NCBI GenBank assembly: GCA_041497675.1
Contig: JBGQGY010000005.1
Coordinates: 1-63,465 of the forward strand
Source: a bacterium
GTDB taxonomy: Bacteria > Sysuimicrobiota > Sysuimicrobiia > Sysuimicrobiales > Humicultoraceae
Reading direction: 5' to 3'
Length of the DNA stretch: 63,465 nt
Shown one piece after another: positions 35,761-44,849 of the stretch (within the stretch, counting starts at the first letter, position 1; each line of letters starts with the position of its first letter). Under the pieces are notes generated by a model. The model worked only from the letters and a program-made list of their open reading frames with translations, had not been told where the DNA came from and did no database searches. The position numbers and the translations under genes were made by a program.

Positions 35761-36576
35761 ATGACGCCTAGTGGCGAAGCCGTTGCGCTGTCACCGCTCG
35801 TCCGCCGCATCGTGGCGCCGAACCCCTCCGCGATGACGGGGGCAGGCACGAACACATACCTGTTGGGGACTACCGACGTCACGGTCATCGACCCGGGACC
35901 TGATGATCCGACACACCTCGATGCCATCGTCCGTGCGGTCGGCGACGGCCGCCTGCGCTGGGTGCTGCTGACGCACACGCATTCCGATCACGCACCCGGC
36001 GCGCCACCGCTGGCGCGGCGGACCGGCGCACCCCTGTTGGCGATCTGGTCTCGAAACCCGGCCGTCGTTCTCGACCGCCACCTCGCCGACGGCGAGACGC
36101 TCGAGGCCGCGGGATACTCGTTGCAGGCGCTGCACACACCCGGCCACGCGTCGAACCACCTGTGTTTCTGGCTCCCGGAAGAGCAGGCGTTGTTCGCCGG
36201 CGACCTGGTGATGAACGGGTCCACGGTCGTGATCGCCCCTCCTGATGGAGATATGGGGGCGTATCTGCGTTCGCTCGAACGGGTCAGACAACGGCGCGCG
36301 ACCCGCATCTATCCCGGGCACGGTGAACCGATCGAGAACCCGGATGCGGTCATCGAAGAATACGTCAAACACCGGCTCATGCGGGAGCAACAGGTGCTCG
36401 ACGCTCTCCGTGCTGGGCCGCGCCGCATCGCGGATATCGTGCCCCTCATCTACACGGGTCTTCCTGGATCTCTACACCGCATGGCGGCACTGTCGGTCCA
36501 CGCCCACCTCCTCAAGCTGGAGGCAGAGGGCAAGGTGTCGGGTGCCGATCCGGACGCTGAGTGGAGCCTCGCCTGA
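35761..36576 (+). CDS. MBL-fold metallo-hydrolase (LACTB2-like, with C-terminal winged-helix)
   Basis: THTHSDH motif, GTNTYLLG, HTPGH. Listed ORF 34822.. is a long run-on over the MFS and DM13 genes. Confidence 0.85.
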   Translation: MTPSGEAVALSPLVRRIVAPNPSAMTGAGTNTYLLGTTDVTVIDPGPDDPTHLDAIVRAVGDGRLRWVLLTHTHSDHAPGAPPLARRTGAPLLAIWSRNPAVVLDRHLADGETLEAAGYSLQALHTPGHASNHLCFWLPEEQALFAGDLVMNGSTVVIAPPDGDMGAYLRSLERVRQRRATRIYPGHGEPIENPDAVIEEYVKHRLMREQQVLDALRAGPRRIADIVPLIYTGLPGSLHRMAALSVHAHLLKLEAEGKVSGADPDAEWSLA

Positions 36577-36588
36577 GGAGTGCGCAAC

Positions 36589-37446
36589 ATGGAAGGTCTG
36601 CCGAGCGTCATCGTGACCGCCGCCAACGAGAAGAGCCGGAGGCTTCGCGAACTGGTCCGCGCGCCCGAGATCCTGGTCATGCCCGGCGCCCACGATGTGC
36701 TGAGCGCGCTGCTGTTCGCGCGCATGGGATTCAAGGCCATTCAATGTTCGAGCGCGGGAATCGCGGCAGTTCTCGGATACCCTGACGGGGAATTGATGGG
36801 TCGCGACCGGTTCGTCGAGATCACCGGACAGATCGCGGCCGCGGTCGACGCCCCGGTCAATGCCGACGGCGAGGCCGGGTATGGCGGTGCGAGCCAGATT
36901 CCTGAGACGGTCCGCGCGCTGGTCGAGGCCGGTGCCGCGGGGATGAACCTGGAAGACGGCGTGAAGGAAGGCCGCGGACAGCGGCTCGCCGACCTGCCAC
37001 AGCAACTGGAGAAGATTGCCGCGGTCAACGACGCCAAACGAACCCTCAAGAGCGAGTTCTTCCTCAACGCCCGCGTCGATGCGCTGGCGATCATCACGGA
37101 TGACCCGATCAAGGCCCTGGACGAAGCCGTCCGGCGCGGCAACGCATACGCAGAGTCCGGCGCCGATTGCATCTTCTATCTCAACGCGCACACCCGCGAG
37201 GTGATCGGTCGGCTGGTGCGGGAGGTGCGGGCGCCGGTGAGCGTGCTGGCCGGCGCACAGACCGTTGGGGTCCGCGACCTTCAAGACTTGGGTGTGGCCC
37301 GCGTCTCCTACGGCTCGGTGTTTACGCGGATGGCGATCGGCGCGGTACAGCGTCTGGCGCGGGAAGTGCAGCAGACAGGCACGCTGGATTCGTTGGCCGA
37401 CGCGCTGCCGTCCAACGAGTTCCGATCCCTTGTCGAAGGCGGGTAA
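36589..37446 (+). CDS. isocitrate lyase/PEP mutase superfamily protein (function unclear; catalytic-loop Cys absent)
   Basis: GAGGAG lies 8 nt before ATG 36589. Blocks VMPGAHDVLSA, NADGEAGYGG, AGMNLEDG. The loop reads KEGRGQ where lyases have K(K/R)CGH. Confidence 0.8.
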   Translation: MEGLPSVIVTAANEKSRRLRELVRAPEILVMPGAHDVLSALLFARMGFKAIQCSSAGIAAVLGYPDGELMGRDRFVEITGQIAAAVDAPVNADGEAGYGGASQIPETVRALVEAGAAGMNLEDGVKEGRGQRLADLPQQLEKIAAVNDAKRTLKSEFFLNARVDALAIITDDPIKALDEAVRRGNAYAESGADCIFYLNAHTREVIGRLVREVRAPVSVLAGAQTVGVRDLQDLGVARVSYGSVFTRMAIGAVQRLAREVQQTGTLDSLADALPSNEFRSLVEGG

Positions 37447-37459
37447 AGACCGCGTCCTC

Positions 37460-38104
37460 ATGACCGTTGAGCGGGGTTCGGTCGAATGGAACGACGGCGA
37501 GGTGTCGACCGTCTGGCACCACCCGGCACACGGTAGGACGTACCTGGTGCTCGGACACGGGGCGGGCGGCAATCTCCACACGCCGGGGCTGGCGGCCTTT
37601 GCCGAGGCTCTGGGCGATCGTGGGATTGGGACTGTGCGGTTCAACTTCCCGTATGCAGAAGGGAAGCGCAAGATCCCAGATCCGCGCCCGCGACTCGAGG
37701 CCTGCTATCGGGGCGTTGCCGCCCAGGCCGCCGAGCGGGCGGACCGGCTTTTTCTTGGTGGACGGTCGATGGGCGGGCGCATCGCGTCGCATGTTGTCGC
37801 CGCCGGATATCCGGCGGCCGGGCTGGTCTTCCTGAGTTATCCGCTCCATCCACCCGGCAAGCCCGAGCAATTGCGTGACGCACACCTGCCGAAGATCACG
37901 GTGCCGATGCTCTTCATTCAAGGGTCGCGCGACAATTTCGCGCAACCCGACTTGCTGGCCGCGACGATCCGCCGGCTCCCCCCGGCGACGCTGCACGTCG
38001 TCGACGGCGGCGATCACGGGCTTACGGTCCGCGGACGAACGGCAGAGGACGTGACCAAGGAAATAGTGGACGTCACGCTGTCCTGGTTGAAACAATGGAT
38101 CTGA
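37460..38104 (+). CDS. alpha/beta hydrolase (dienelactone-hydrolase / KANL3-like fold)
   Basis: Nucleophile elbow GGRSMGG. VLGHGAGG. C-terminal DGGDHGL. Confidence 0.75.
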   Translation: MTVERGSVEWNDGEVSTVWHHPAHGRTYLVLGHGAGGNLHTPGLAAFAEALGDRGIGTVRFNFPYAEGKRKIPDPRPRLEACYRGVAAQAAERADRLFLGGRSMGGRIASHVVAAGYPAAGLVFLSYPLHPPGKPEQLRDAHLPKITVPMLFIQGSRDNFAQPDLLAATIRRLPPATLHVVDGGDHGLTVRGRTAEDVTKEIVDVTLSWLKQWI

Positions 38105-39105
38105 CAATTGTCGGCGCCGGCGCGATCGGCGGGCTGGTCGGTGGTCACCTCGCCCGCGCGGGGCACACCATTCTGCTGGTCGATCGCGAGCGCGACCACA
38201 TCGAGGCGATCCAGCGCCAGGGTCTCGTTATCGGCGGCGCGTCGCCGTTCACGGTGCGCGTGGCGGCGTGTCTTCCTCACGAAGCGCGTGGGCCCATCGG
38301 TACGTTGATCCTGGCGGTCAAGACGCTCCATACACGCGAAGCCCTGGCACCGTTCGTGCCGCTGCTCGACAAGGACGGCGTCGTGGTGTCGATGCAGAAT
38401 GGTCTGGAAGAAACGAAGATCGCGGCCATGGTGGGCGTCGACCGTACCATCGGCGCCTTTCTCACGTTTGGCGGGTACTACGACCGGCCGGGACGCATCG
38501 TCTACAGCGGGCCCGCGTCGCTGCGCGTCGGTGAGATCGACGGGCGCATCACTCCGCGTGCGCGACGGCTCGCCCAGGTTCTGTCAGATTTTCATCCGTG
38601 TGAGGCGACCGACAATATCCAGGGGTTCCTCTGGGGAAAGTTGATCCTCGGCACAATCTACTTCGCGACGGCAACAGTGGACGCCGACGTCGTCGACATC
38701 CTCGCCCAGGTGGAGGCTCGGCAGGCGCTCTCGGCAGTGGCGACTGAAGCCTGTGATGTGGCCGCGGCGCTCGAGATCAGGGTCGAGGCGGTGGACGGCT
38801 TCGATCCCAGGGCGGTGCGGTCAGACGCGCCGGGCGACGGTCGCGCGGCGGACGCCGCCTGGGCCGCGCAGATCGCCTACTGGAAGCGCGGTCTTGCCCG
38901 GCGCACCGGCGTGTGGCGCGACCTGGCGGTTCGGCATCGAAAGACCGAGGCCGAGTTCATCCTGGGCGCGCTGATTGACGCCGCAGACCGCGCCGGCCGG
39001 CCCGTCCCACGCGTCCGCGCGCTCGCACGCATCATCCACGACCTCGAAGAAGGCCGGGGACAGATGCGGTGGGAGAACCTGGACGATATCGCCCGCGCCG
39101 GCTGA
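38095..39105 (+). CDS. 2-dehydropantoate 2-reductase (ApbA/PanE) family oxidoreductase, paralogue 2
   Basis: MDLTIVGAGAIGG, SMQNGL. Collinear with 20779-21783, including the C-terminal IHDLEEGR...WENLDD. 10-nt overlap with the upstream gene. Confidence 0.85.
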   Translation: MDLTIVGAGAIGGLVGGHLARAGHTILLVDRERDHIEAIQRQGLVIGGASPFTVRVAACLPHEARGPIGTLILAVKTLHTREALAPFVPLLDKDGVVVSMQNGLEETKIAAMVGVDRTIGAFLTFGGYYDRPGRIVYSGPASLRVGEIDGRITPRARRLAQVLSDFHPCEATDNIQGFLWGKLILGTIYFATATVDADVVDILAQVEARQALSAVATEACDVAAALEIRVEAVDGFDPRAVRSDAPGDGRAADAAWAAQIAYWKRGLARRTGVWRDLAVRHRKTEAEFILGALIDAADRAGRPVPRVRALARIIHDLEEGRGQMRWENLDDIARAG

Positions 39106-39108
39106 ACG

Positions 39109-39909
39109 CTACCGCGGTGCCGCCACCATACCCCTCGCCGCCGCCATGTGCGTCCGCCCGCAATGTGTGCCGCCGGTGACGTAGAAGATCTCGCCGTGCA
39201 CGTAGCTGGCGCGTGGTGAGGCGAGGAACAGCGCTGCGTTCGCGATCTCATCCAGGTCGCCGGTTCGCCCCAGGGGAATCGCCTTGAGCATGTCCCGCAC
39301 GTAGGGGTGCGGCGCTTCGTCGGTATTGTGTAGCACCGTGTCCATGAACAGTCCGGGCGCGATCGCGTTGACGCGGATCCCATGCGGGCCCAATTCGATG
39401 GCCAGCACCTCGGTCAGCATGTTGACCGAGGCTTTGGACCCGCAGTAGTGCGCGCCACCGATACGCGCCGACGTCGAGGCGCCGGACGAGATATTGATGA
39501 TGACGCCGCCCGCGCCCCGCTCGATCATCTGCGCTGAGACGACCTTACAGCATAGCATCGTACCCCGAACGTTTACCGCGTAGGTTCTATCCCACTCCTC
39601 AACAGTGACGTCTGCGACAATGTTTGTCGGGGCGTACGCCGCGAAGTTGACGAGGACGTCGACAGGACCGATCGCCCGGGACCCCTCGGCCACGATGCGC
39701 TCGACATCTTCCTGGCGCGAGATGTCGCCGGCCACCGCCGCAACCTTGGCGCCGGTGGCCCGCACGTCGCGGGCGGCGCGTTCGAGGTTGGTCTCGTGCA
39801 TATCGGTCATGAGGAGCCGCGCGCCCTCGCGGGCAAACGCAAGCGCGCAGGGCCGGCCCAACCGACCGCCCGCACCGGTGATCATGGCCACCCGGTCCTT
39901 GAATTCCAT
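39109..39909 (-). CDS. SDR-family oxidoreductase, paralogue 2
   Basis: GGAGGG precedes ATG 39909. TGAGGRLG and YCGSK. Collinear with 21803-22594. Confidence 0.9.
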   Translation of the reverse strand: MEFKDRVAMITGAGGRLGRPCALAFAREGARLLMTDMHETNLERAARDVRATGAKVAAVAGDISRQEDVERIVAEGSRAIGPVDVLVNFAAYAPTNIVADVTVEEWDRTYAVNVRGTMLCCKVVSAQMIERGAGGVIINISSGASTSARIGGAHYCGSKASVNMLTEVLAIELGPHGIRVNAIAPGLFMDTVLHNTDEAPHPYVRDMLKAIPLGRTGDLDEIANAALFLASPRASYVHGEIFYVTGGTHCGRTHMAAARGMVAAPR

Positions 39910-39920
39910 CCGTATCCCTC

Positions 39921-40769
39921 CTAACGAGATAGCATGCGCCGCAGGTCGGTGCCGCGCGAGAACAACACGGCCACGGCAACGATCGCGGCAGCAAACACGA
40001 TCAGCAGGGTCGACAACGCGGCGATCGTCGGATCCTGCCACTTTTCCATGTACAGGAACATCTCAATCGGCAGCGTGTTGTTCTCGCCGCGGGTCAGAAA
40101 GATCGAACTCTCAACCTGGTCGAACGACACGATGAACGCGAGGAGTCCGCTGATGATGAGCCCCGAGCGGATCTGCGGCAGGACGATCCGCCACATCACC
40201 GTGGGTGTCGACGCGCCCAGGTCCTGCGCGGCCTCCTCCAGCGACGGGTCGAGCCCCACCAGGTTCGCCGCCAGGATGTTGATGATGAACGGCAGCACGA
40301 CGATGATGTGCGCCAGCGTGATGGGCACGACGCCGCCCTGCATCCCCAGACGCGCGAAGAAGATGAACCAACCGACGCCCAGGACGATCTTTGGCATCAC
40401 GATCGGCGACAGCAAGAAGCCGCGCAGCACCTCTTTGCCGGGGAAGCGCGCGCGGACGAGCGCGAGCGCGCCCAACAGCCCGAGCACCAGCGCGGCGCTT
40501 GTGGCCGCGAGGCCGATTGTCAGGCTTCGCCCGAAGGCCGCGCGAAACGTCGTCTGCTCGAGCAGGTGCGAGTACCACCGCGCTGAGAGCCCGGGCGGGG
40601 GGAAGACTCCGTAGGAGACGCTGCTGAATGAGTAGACAATCACGATCACGAGCGGCAGCAGGATGAAGCCGGTCCCCAGCCCGAGTGCGGTCCGCAGCAG
40701 CGCGTCGCGCGCAGCCTGGCCTCGTCCCTCATGGGCTTCCGCGCGGAGTTCGGCGGCCAGCGTGCTCAT
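39921..40769 (-). CDS. ABC transporter permease, PotC-like
   Basis: ATGA overlap at 40766-40769. EAA block LEEAAQDLGASTPTVMWRIVLPQI. About 35-aa charged N-terminal extension. Confidence 0.88.
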   Translation of the reverse strand: MSTLAAELRAEAHEGRGQAARDALLRTALGLGTGFILLPLVIVIVYSFSSVSYGVFPPPGLSARWYSHLLEQTTFRAAFGRSLTIGLAATSAALVLGLLGALALVRARFPGKEVLRGFLLSPIVMPKIVLGVGWFIFFARLGMQGGVVPITLAHIIVVLPFIINILAANLVGLDPSLEEAAQDLGASTPTVMWRIVLPQIRSGLIISGLLAFIVSFDQVESSIFLTRGENNTLPIEMFLYMEKWQDPTIAALSTLLIVFAAAIVAVAVLFSRGTDLRRMLSR

Positions 40770-41614
40770 ACGCTGGGCAGCCTCCGCAAGAGGCCGTTCA
40801 GCATCCAGACCGCCGCGATCGACATCAGCAGCAGGACCAACCCCGAGACCGCGCCGGTCGGCCAGTTGATATCGACGGTGTTGTTGTAGACCATCAGCGG
40901 CATCACCTGGACCCGGCCGCCACCCAACAGCCGCGGCGTGACGAAAGCCGACAACGCGAGGGTGAAGCAGATCAGGGCGCCCGCAACGATCCCCGGCATC
41001 GTCAGGGGCAGCGTCACGTGCTTGAACGTGTCCCACCAGCCGGCGCCGAGGTCGTGCGCGGCTTCTTTCAGGCTCAGGTCGAGTCGACTCATGACGCTGT
41101 ACATGGGGAAGATCGCAAACGGCAGCAAGATGTGGGTCAAGCTGATGACCACACCCGTCATGTTGAAGAGCAGGCTGATCGGTTGATCGATGACACCCAA
41201 CCGCCGCAGCAGCGTGTTCACCAGCCCGGTCCCGGCCAACAGGATCATCCAGCCATATGTCCGCACGACGACGCTGACGAGCAGCGGCGAGAAGAGCAGC
41301 AGGGCGAGCAGGCCCTTGACCGCGGCGCTGCGCACACGGGTGTGCAGCGCGTAGGCGAGCGGGTACCCGATGATAATCGACAGAGCCGTAACCAGGAGCG
41401 ACAACCGCAGCGTCGTCCCGACGACTTTGTACGTAAACGGGTCGGTGAAGTACTCGACGTAGGTCTGCAGGGTCCAGACCGGGAGGATCCGGCCGTCCAG
41501 AAACCGGTGGAACGAGTTGATGAAGTAGACGCCCAGGGGGATGACGTAGAGCACAACCATCGCGGCCATGGCCGGGGCCAGCAGGATCACCACCGCGGCC
41601 CCACGGATCCTCAT
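40766..41614 (-). CDS. ABC transporter permease, PotB-like
   Basis: ATGA overlap at 41611-41614. EAA block LKEAAHDLGAGWWDTFKHVTLPL. Confidence 0.88.
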   Translation of the reverse strand: MRIRGAAVVILLAPAMAAMVVLYVIPLGVYFINSFHRFLDGRILPVWTLQTYVEYFTDPFTYKVVGTTLRLSLLVTALSIIIGYPLAYALHTRVRSAAVKGLLALLLFSPLLVSVVVRTYGWMILLAGTGLVNTLLRRLGVIDQPISLLFNMTGVVISLTHILLPFAIFPMYSVMSRLDLSLKEAAHDLGAGWWDTFKHVTLPLTMPGIVAGALICFTLALSAFVTPRLLGGGRVQVMPLMVYNNTVDINWPTGAVSGLVLLLMSIAAVWMLNGLLRRLPSV

Positions 41615-42783
41615 TCGTTCGCCACCGTCACGGCCTGCTGTGGATCCCACGAGGCCGTCACGTCCTCACCGATCTGGTACAGGGACGTGCCGCTGATGTA
41701 CGGGACGGCCGCGTGCAGGCGGAGGCCGGCAATCGCCAAACGATATTTGACCAGATAGCCGGAGAACGCGCGGTCTTCCACCCGGGCACGCAGCGCGTCG
41801 CGGGCGGGTCCGCCGCCCGGCCCGGCGCCGCCCCCACCGGGTGCGGCGGCGACGAGCCGCACGCGCTCCGGCCGCACGCACACCGTCACCGACTGCCCGG
41901 AGCGTTCCCATCCCTGACGCCGCGCGCTGACGTTGTGGCCCCCCGCCCGGACCATCACGGCCTCGCCGTCGACCGACTCGACAATCCCGTCGATCAAATT
42001 GGCATCACCGATGAAGTTGGCGACGAAGCGCGTGCGCGGCTGCTCGTAGATCTCCATCGGCGGGCCGACCTGCAGGAGGTGGCCGCCGTCCATGACGCCA
42101 ACGCGATCGCTCATGGCCAGCGCCTCACCCTGATCGTGCGTCACGTAGACAAACGTCGTCCCGAGTTCGCGCTGGAGCCGCTTGAGTTCTTCCTGCATCT
42201 GCAGGCGGAGCTTGAGGTCGAGCGAGCTCAACGGTTCGTCGAGGAGCAGCACGCGTGGCCGGTTCACGAGCGCGCGCGCCAGGGCCACACGCTGCTGCTG
42301 ACCACCGGACAGTTCTGAGATGCGGCGGCCGGCAAGCCCCGGCATCTGCACGAGGTCCAGGGCGTCCCCGACGCGGCGCTGGACGTCGCCTTCGGGCAGC
42401 CGCTTCATCCTTAGGCCAAACGCGACGTTGTCGAACACCGTGTAGTGGGGGAAGAGGGCGAGCCGCTGGAAGACCATGTTGGTCTCCCGACGGTTTGGAG
42501 GCATCTGACCCATCGACCGGCCGGCGATCAAGACCTCGCCGGCATCGGCATGCTCGAACCCACCGATCACGCGCAGGGTGGTGGTCTTACCGCACCCCGA
42601 GGGGCCGAGCAGCGAGAAGAATTCGCCGCCGCGGATGACAAACGAGACCGTGTCAACCGCGACAACCTGGCCGAACCGCTTGGTGATCCCGCGGACCTCG
42701 ACGTCCGCGCCGGCTTCGATGGGAGCCTCCGGCGAAAACGACGACCGGGAGCCCGCGTCAGCGGCTCCCGGCCTCGACCTCAC
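41611..42783 (-). CDS. ABC transporter ATP-binding protein, PotA-like with C-terminal TOBE-type domain
   Basis: Walker A GPSGCGKTT, signature LSGGQQQR, Walker B LLLDEP. GTG 42783 lies 7 nt after the SBP stop. Confidence 0.9.
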   Translation of the reverse strand: MRSRPGAADAGSRSSFSPEAPIEAGADVEVRGITKRFGQVVAVDTVSFVIRGGEFFSLLGPSGCGKTTTLRVIGGFEHADAGEVLIAGRSMGQMPPNRRETNMVFQRLALFPHYTVFDNVAFGLRMKRLPEGDVQRRVGDALDLVQMPGLAGRRISELSGGQQQRVALARALVNRPRVLLLDEPLSSLDLKLRLQMQEELKRLQRELGTTFVYVTHDQGEALAMSDRVGVMDGGHLLQVGPPMEIYEQPRTRFVANFIGDANLIDGIVESVDGEAVMVRAGGHNVSARRQGWERSGQSVTVCVRPERVRLVAAAPGGGGAGPGGGPARDALRARVEDRAFSGYLVKYRLAIAGLRLHAAVPYISGTSLYQIGEDVTASWDPQQAVTVANE

Positions 42784-42790
42784 GCGTTCA

Positions 42791-43864
42791 CTAGAGACGC
42801 GACTTCACGTCTCGTTCCCATCGCTGCCGCCACTCGCTGGCCTTCTGGCCCATGGTCGCCCAGTCGAGCCAGATGGCGTTGTCGAGCAGCTTGGGGTTGA
42901 GGATGCTCTTCACCGTGTCGGAGACCTCGGCGTCGGGCAGCGACGGCACGCCAAACGTCAGCCGCGCATACCGGCTGTTGTTCTCGGCGGTCAGCAGTTC
43001 GTTGATGATCTCTTCGGCGACTCGGATCTGTTCGGGTGTGCTCCCCTTGATGATCTGCAGGTAGATGGGGAAGGCGACCAGGCCTTCCTTGGGTACCACA
43101 AACCCCAGCGGCGCGCCGTCCATCTCCCAGTACTTCCAGATGCTGGTAAACCATGGAGCGATCTGCGCCTCGCCCGTGACCAGCAGCTGCAACAGTTGAT
43201 CGTTGCTGTTGGCCAGCGCGCGGATGTTCTTGGCGTTGTCCATCCAGATCTTAAAGCCCGGATCGATGTTCTTCTCGTCGCCGCCGTTCAGGCGCGCGGC
43301 CAGCACCAGCGGGATGAAGTTGTTGTCGAAGAACGTGACTTTGCCGCGCCACTTGGGATTCCAGAGTTCGGTCCACGACGTTGGGGGTTCCTTGACGAGG
43401 TTCTTGTTGTACATGAACCCCACGCCGCTGATGCCGTAGCCGACGCCGCGGTTGCCCGGCCGGCGCATGGTATTGTGCACGCGGGTCATGTTGGGGATGC
43501 GCCCGGCGTTCATGGACACCCACATGTCGTCATTGTCGCCGCGGTTGCTGATGTCGACGTTGAAATAGCCGAAGTTGATGAGCGGCTTGTTGGGATCGGC
43601 CTGCTTGGCCGCGATCATCCGCGGATAGGTGATCGCGTTGTTCGATTCCCAGAACTCGATCTCGACCTCAGGGTGAGAGCGCAGATAGTTGGCCACGACG
43701 GCGCGCGGGACGACGCCCTGGTTGGAGCCGGCCCAGATGAACATCGTCAGTTTGACTTTGGGCGCGGCGACCGCGGACGGCAGGACGAGCAGGCTGAGGC
43801 CGAGAACGGCGATCAGCCCGAGGGTCACCACAGATCGACGGGTCGGCGACGCAAACGCTCTCAT
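42791..43864 (-). CDS. ABC transporter substrate-binding protein, family 1 (PotD/PotF-like)
   Basis: ATG 43864 lies 6 nt after a G7 tract (RBS). Signal peptide MRAFASPTRRSVVTLGLIAVLGLSLLVLPSAVAAP. Confidence 0.85.
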   Translation of the reverse strand: MRAFASPTRRSVVTLGLIAVLGLSLLVLPSAVAAPKVKLTMFIWAGSNQGVVPRAVVANYLRSHPEVEIEFWESNNAITYPRMIAAKQADPNKPLINFGYFNVDISNRGDNDDMWVSMNAGRIPNMTRVHNTMRRPGNRGVGYGISGVGFMYNKNLVKEPPTSWTELWNPKWRGKVTFFDNNFIPLVLAARLNGGDEKNIDPGFKIWMDNAKNIRALANSNDQLLQLLVTGEAQIAPWFTSIWKYWEMDGAPLGFVVPKEGLVAFPIYLQIIKGSTPEQIRVAEEIINELLTAENNSRYARLTFGVPSLPDAEVSDTVKSILNPKLLDNAIWLDWATMGQKASEWRQRWERDVKSRL

Positions 43865-43953
43865 TGAATTCCCCCCCACTGCGTGTTGATGCCCGATTGG
43901 ACCTTTTCGGGACGCCATGGGAAAGCCCTTTTGTGATAAGATTTGTATCGGGC

Positions 43954-44847
43954 ATGAGTAGCGTACGCCGCACTGGACTTCTCGCCGCCTGCATCGTTGG
44001 GCTCCTCGGCGCGCTTGTCTCGCAGCCGGACTCAACAGCCGAGGCACAGGCGCCGGCACCCGCTGTCGGCGAGTATCAGTACAAGAACTACCGTGTGGGG
44101 ATCACGTCGTGGCCCGACGCCAAGGTCAAGAGTCTCCCACACATCAACCTGCTCCCCAACAACCGCTTTATCTACGGCAGCGGCGACAGTGGGTACCACG
44201 GCGACTACCGCGTCCTCCCCGGCGGGAAGGTGGAACTGGGATCGTGTCTGGGGTGGAAGGGCGAGCTCACACAGGTACCCAACCCCGAGCTGCGTTTCAA
44301 GATGACCGATGCAAAAGCCGGGCAGGGGCACGAGTGGAACATGGAGCGTCTGGGCGCACCGAGGCCCCCTTCGCCCGAGCCGCCGTACGAGGCCAACTGT
44401 AAGTTCGCCTTTGCGACCGACCGGACGACGACGGCTTCGCGGGTGGCGGTGCTCGCCCAGACCGCGGGGGGCCGGATCATCGACGGAGAGATCTTTTTGG
44501 CGACCAAGCGGGACGCCCCGCCCGGTGACGCCAGGCTGTGGAGTTGTCTGGTCACCAATGGGTATCCCGGTGTCGAGTACGGCGAGGCCCCGGTCGGACC
44601 CGCGCCGCAGCCCCTGCTGGTTCTGCCGGATGGCCGCTTTCGGAGCCGGGTCAGGGGTGGAGTGAACTACCGCTGGTGGATGCTGCCGGCGGGATGTGAG
44701 ACACCACCGCGTCAGCCGCTCGCGGGTATCGCAACGCCCGTCGGTCCCATGGAACCGGCGGCGTCCGGTGAGAAGATCCTGTTGGCCTGCTGGGTACAGG
44801 GCGGCGTATTGCCCGACTGCAATGGATGGTGGCTGAGGAAGCCCTAG
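43954..44847 (+). CDS. hypothetical exported Cys-containing protein
   Basis: ATG 43954 gives the signal peptide MSSVRRTGLLAACIVGLLGALV. Seven Cys in the mature part. Internal repeat of an LLPxxRF...G..Y...LPGG-like motif. No family recognised. Confidence 0.6.
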   Translation: MSSVRRTGLLAACIVGLLGALVSQPDSTAEAQAPAPAVGEYQYKNYRVGITSWPDAKVKSLPHINLLPNNRFIYGSGDSGYHGDYRVLPGGKVELGSCLGWKGELTQVPNPELRFKMTDAKAGQGHEWNMERLGAPRPPSPEPPYEANCKFAFATDRTTTASRVAVLAQTAGGRIIDGEIFLATKRDAPPGDARLWSCLVTNGYPGVEYGEAPVGPAPQPLLVLPDGRFRSRVRGGVNYRWWMLPAGCETPPRQPLAGIATPVGPMEPAASGEKILLACWVQGGVLPDCNGWWLRKP

Positions 44848-44849
44848 AC

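Noticed and set aside
36589-37446. Idea that the ICL/PEPM-superfamily gene plus the Pot/PhnS-like importer marks phosphonate metabolism
   Set aside because: The protein shows neither the PEP-mutase/phosphonopyruvate-hydrolase-type gating loop nor any neighbouring phosphonate genes (no transaminase, phosphonatase, phn C-P lyase or Ppd). It is kept only as one assay suggestion, not as a call.
36472-37671. 399-aa minus-strand ORF
   Set aside because: It is antisense to the ICL/PEPM-superfamily and alpha/beta-hydrolase genes, which have clear family blocks and good start contexts. It is a shadow ORF.
42578-43867. 429-aa plus-strand ORF (and the similar 357-aa ORF 40685-41758)
   Set aside because: Both are antisense to the Pot-type SBP, ATPase and permease genes. 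Composition is low-complexity and Arg/Asp/His-rich with no family resemblance. They are shadow ORFs.
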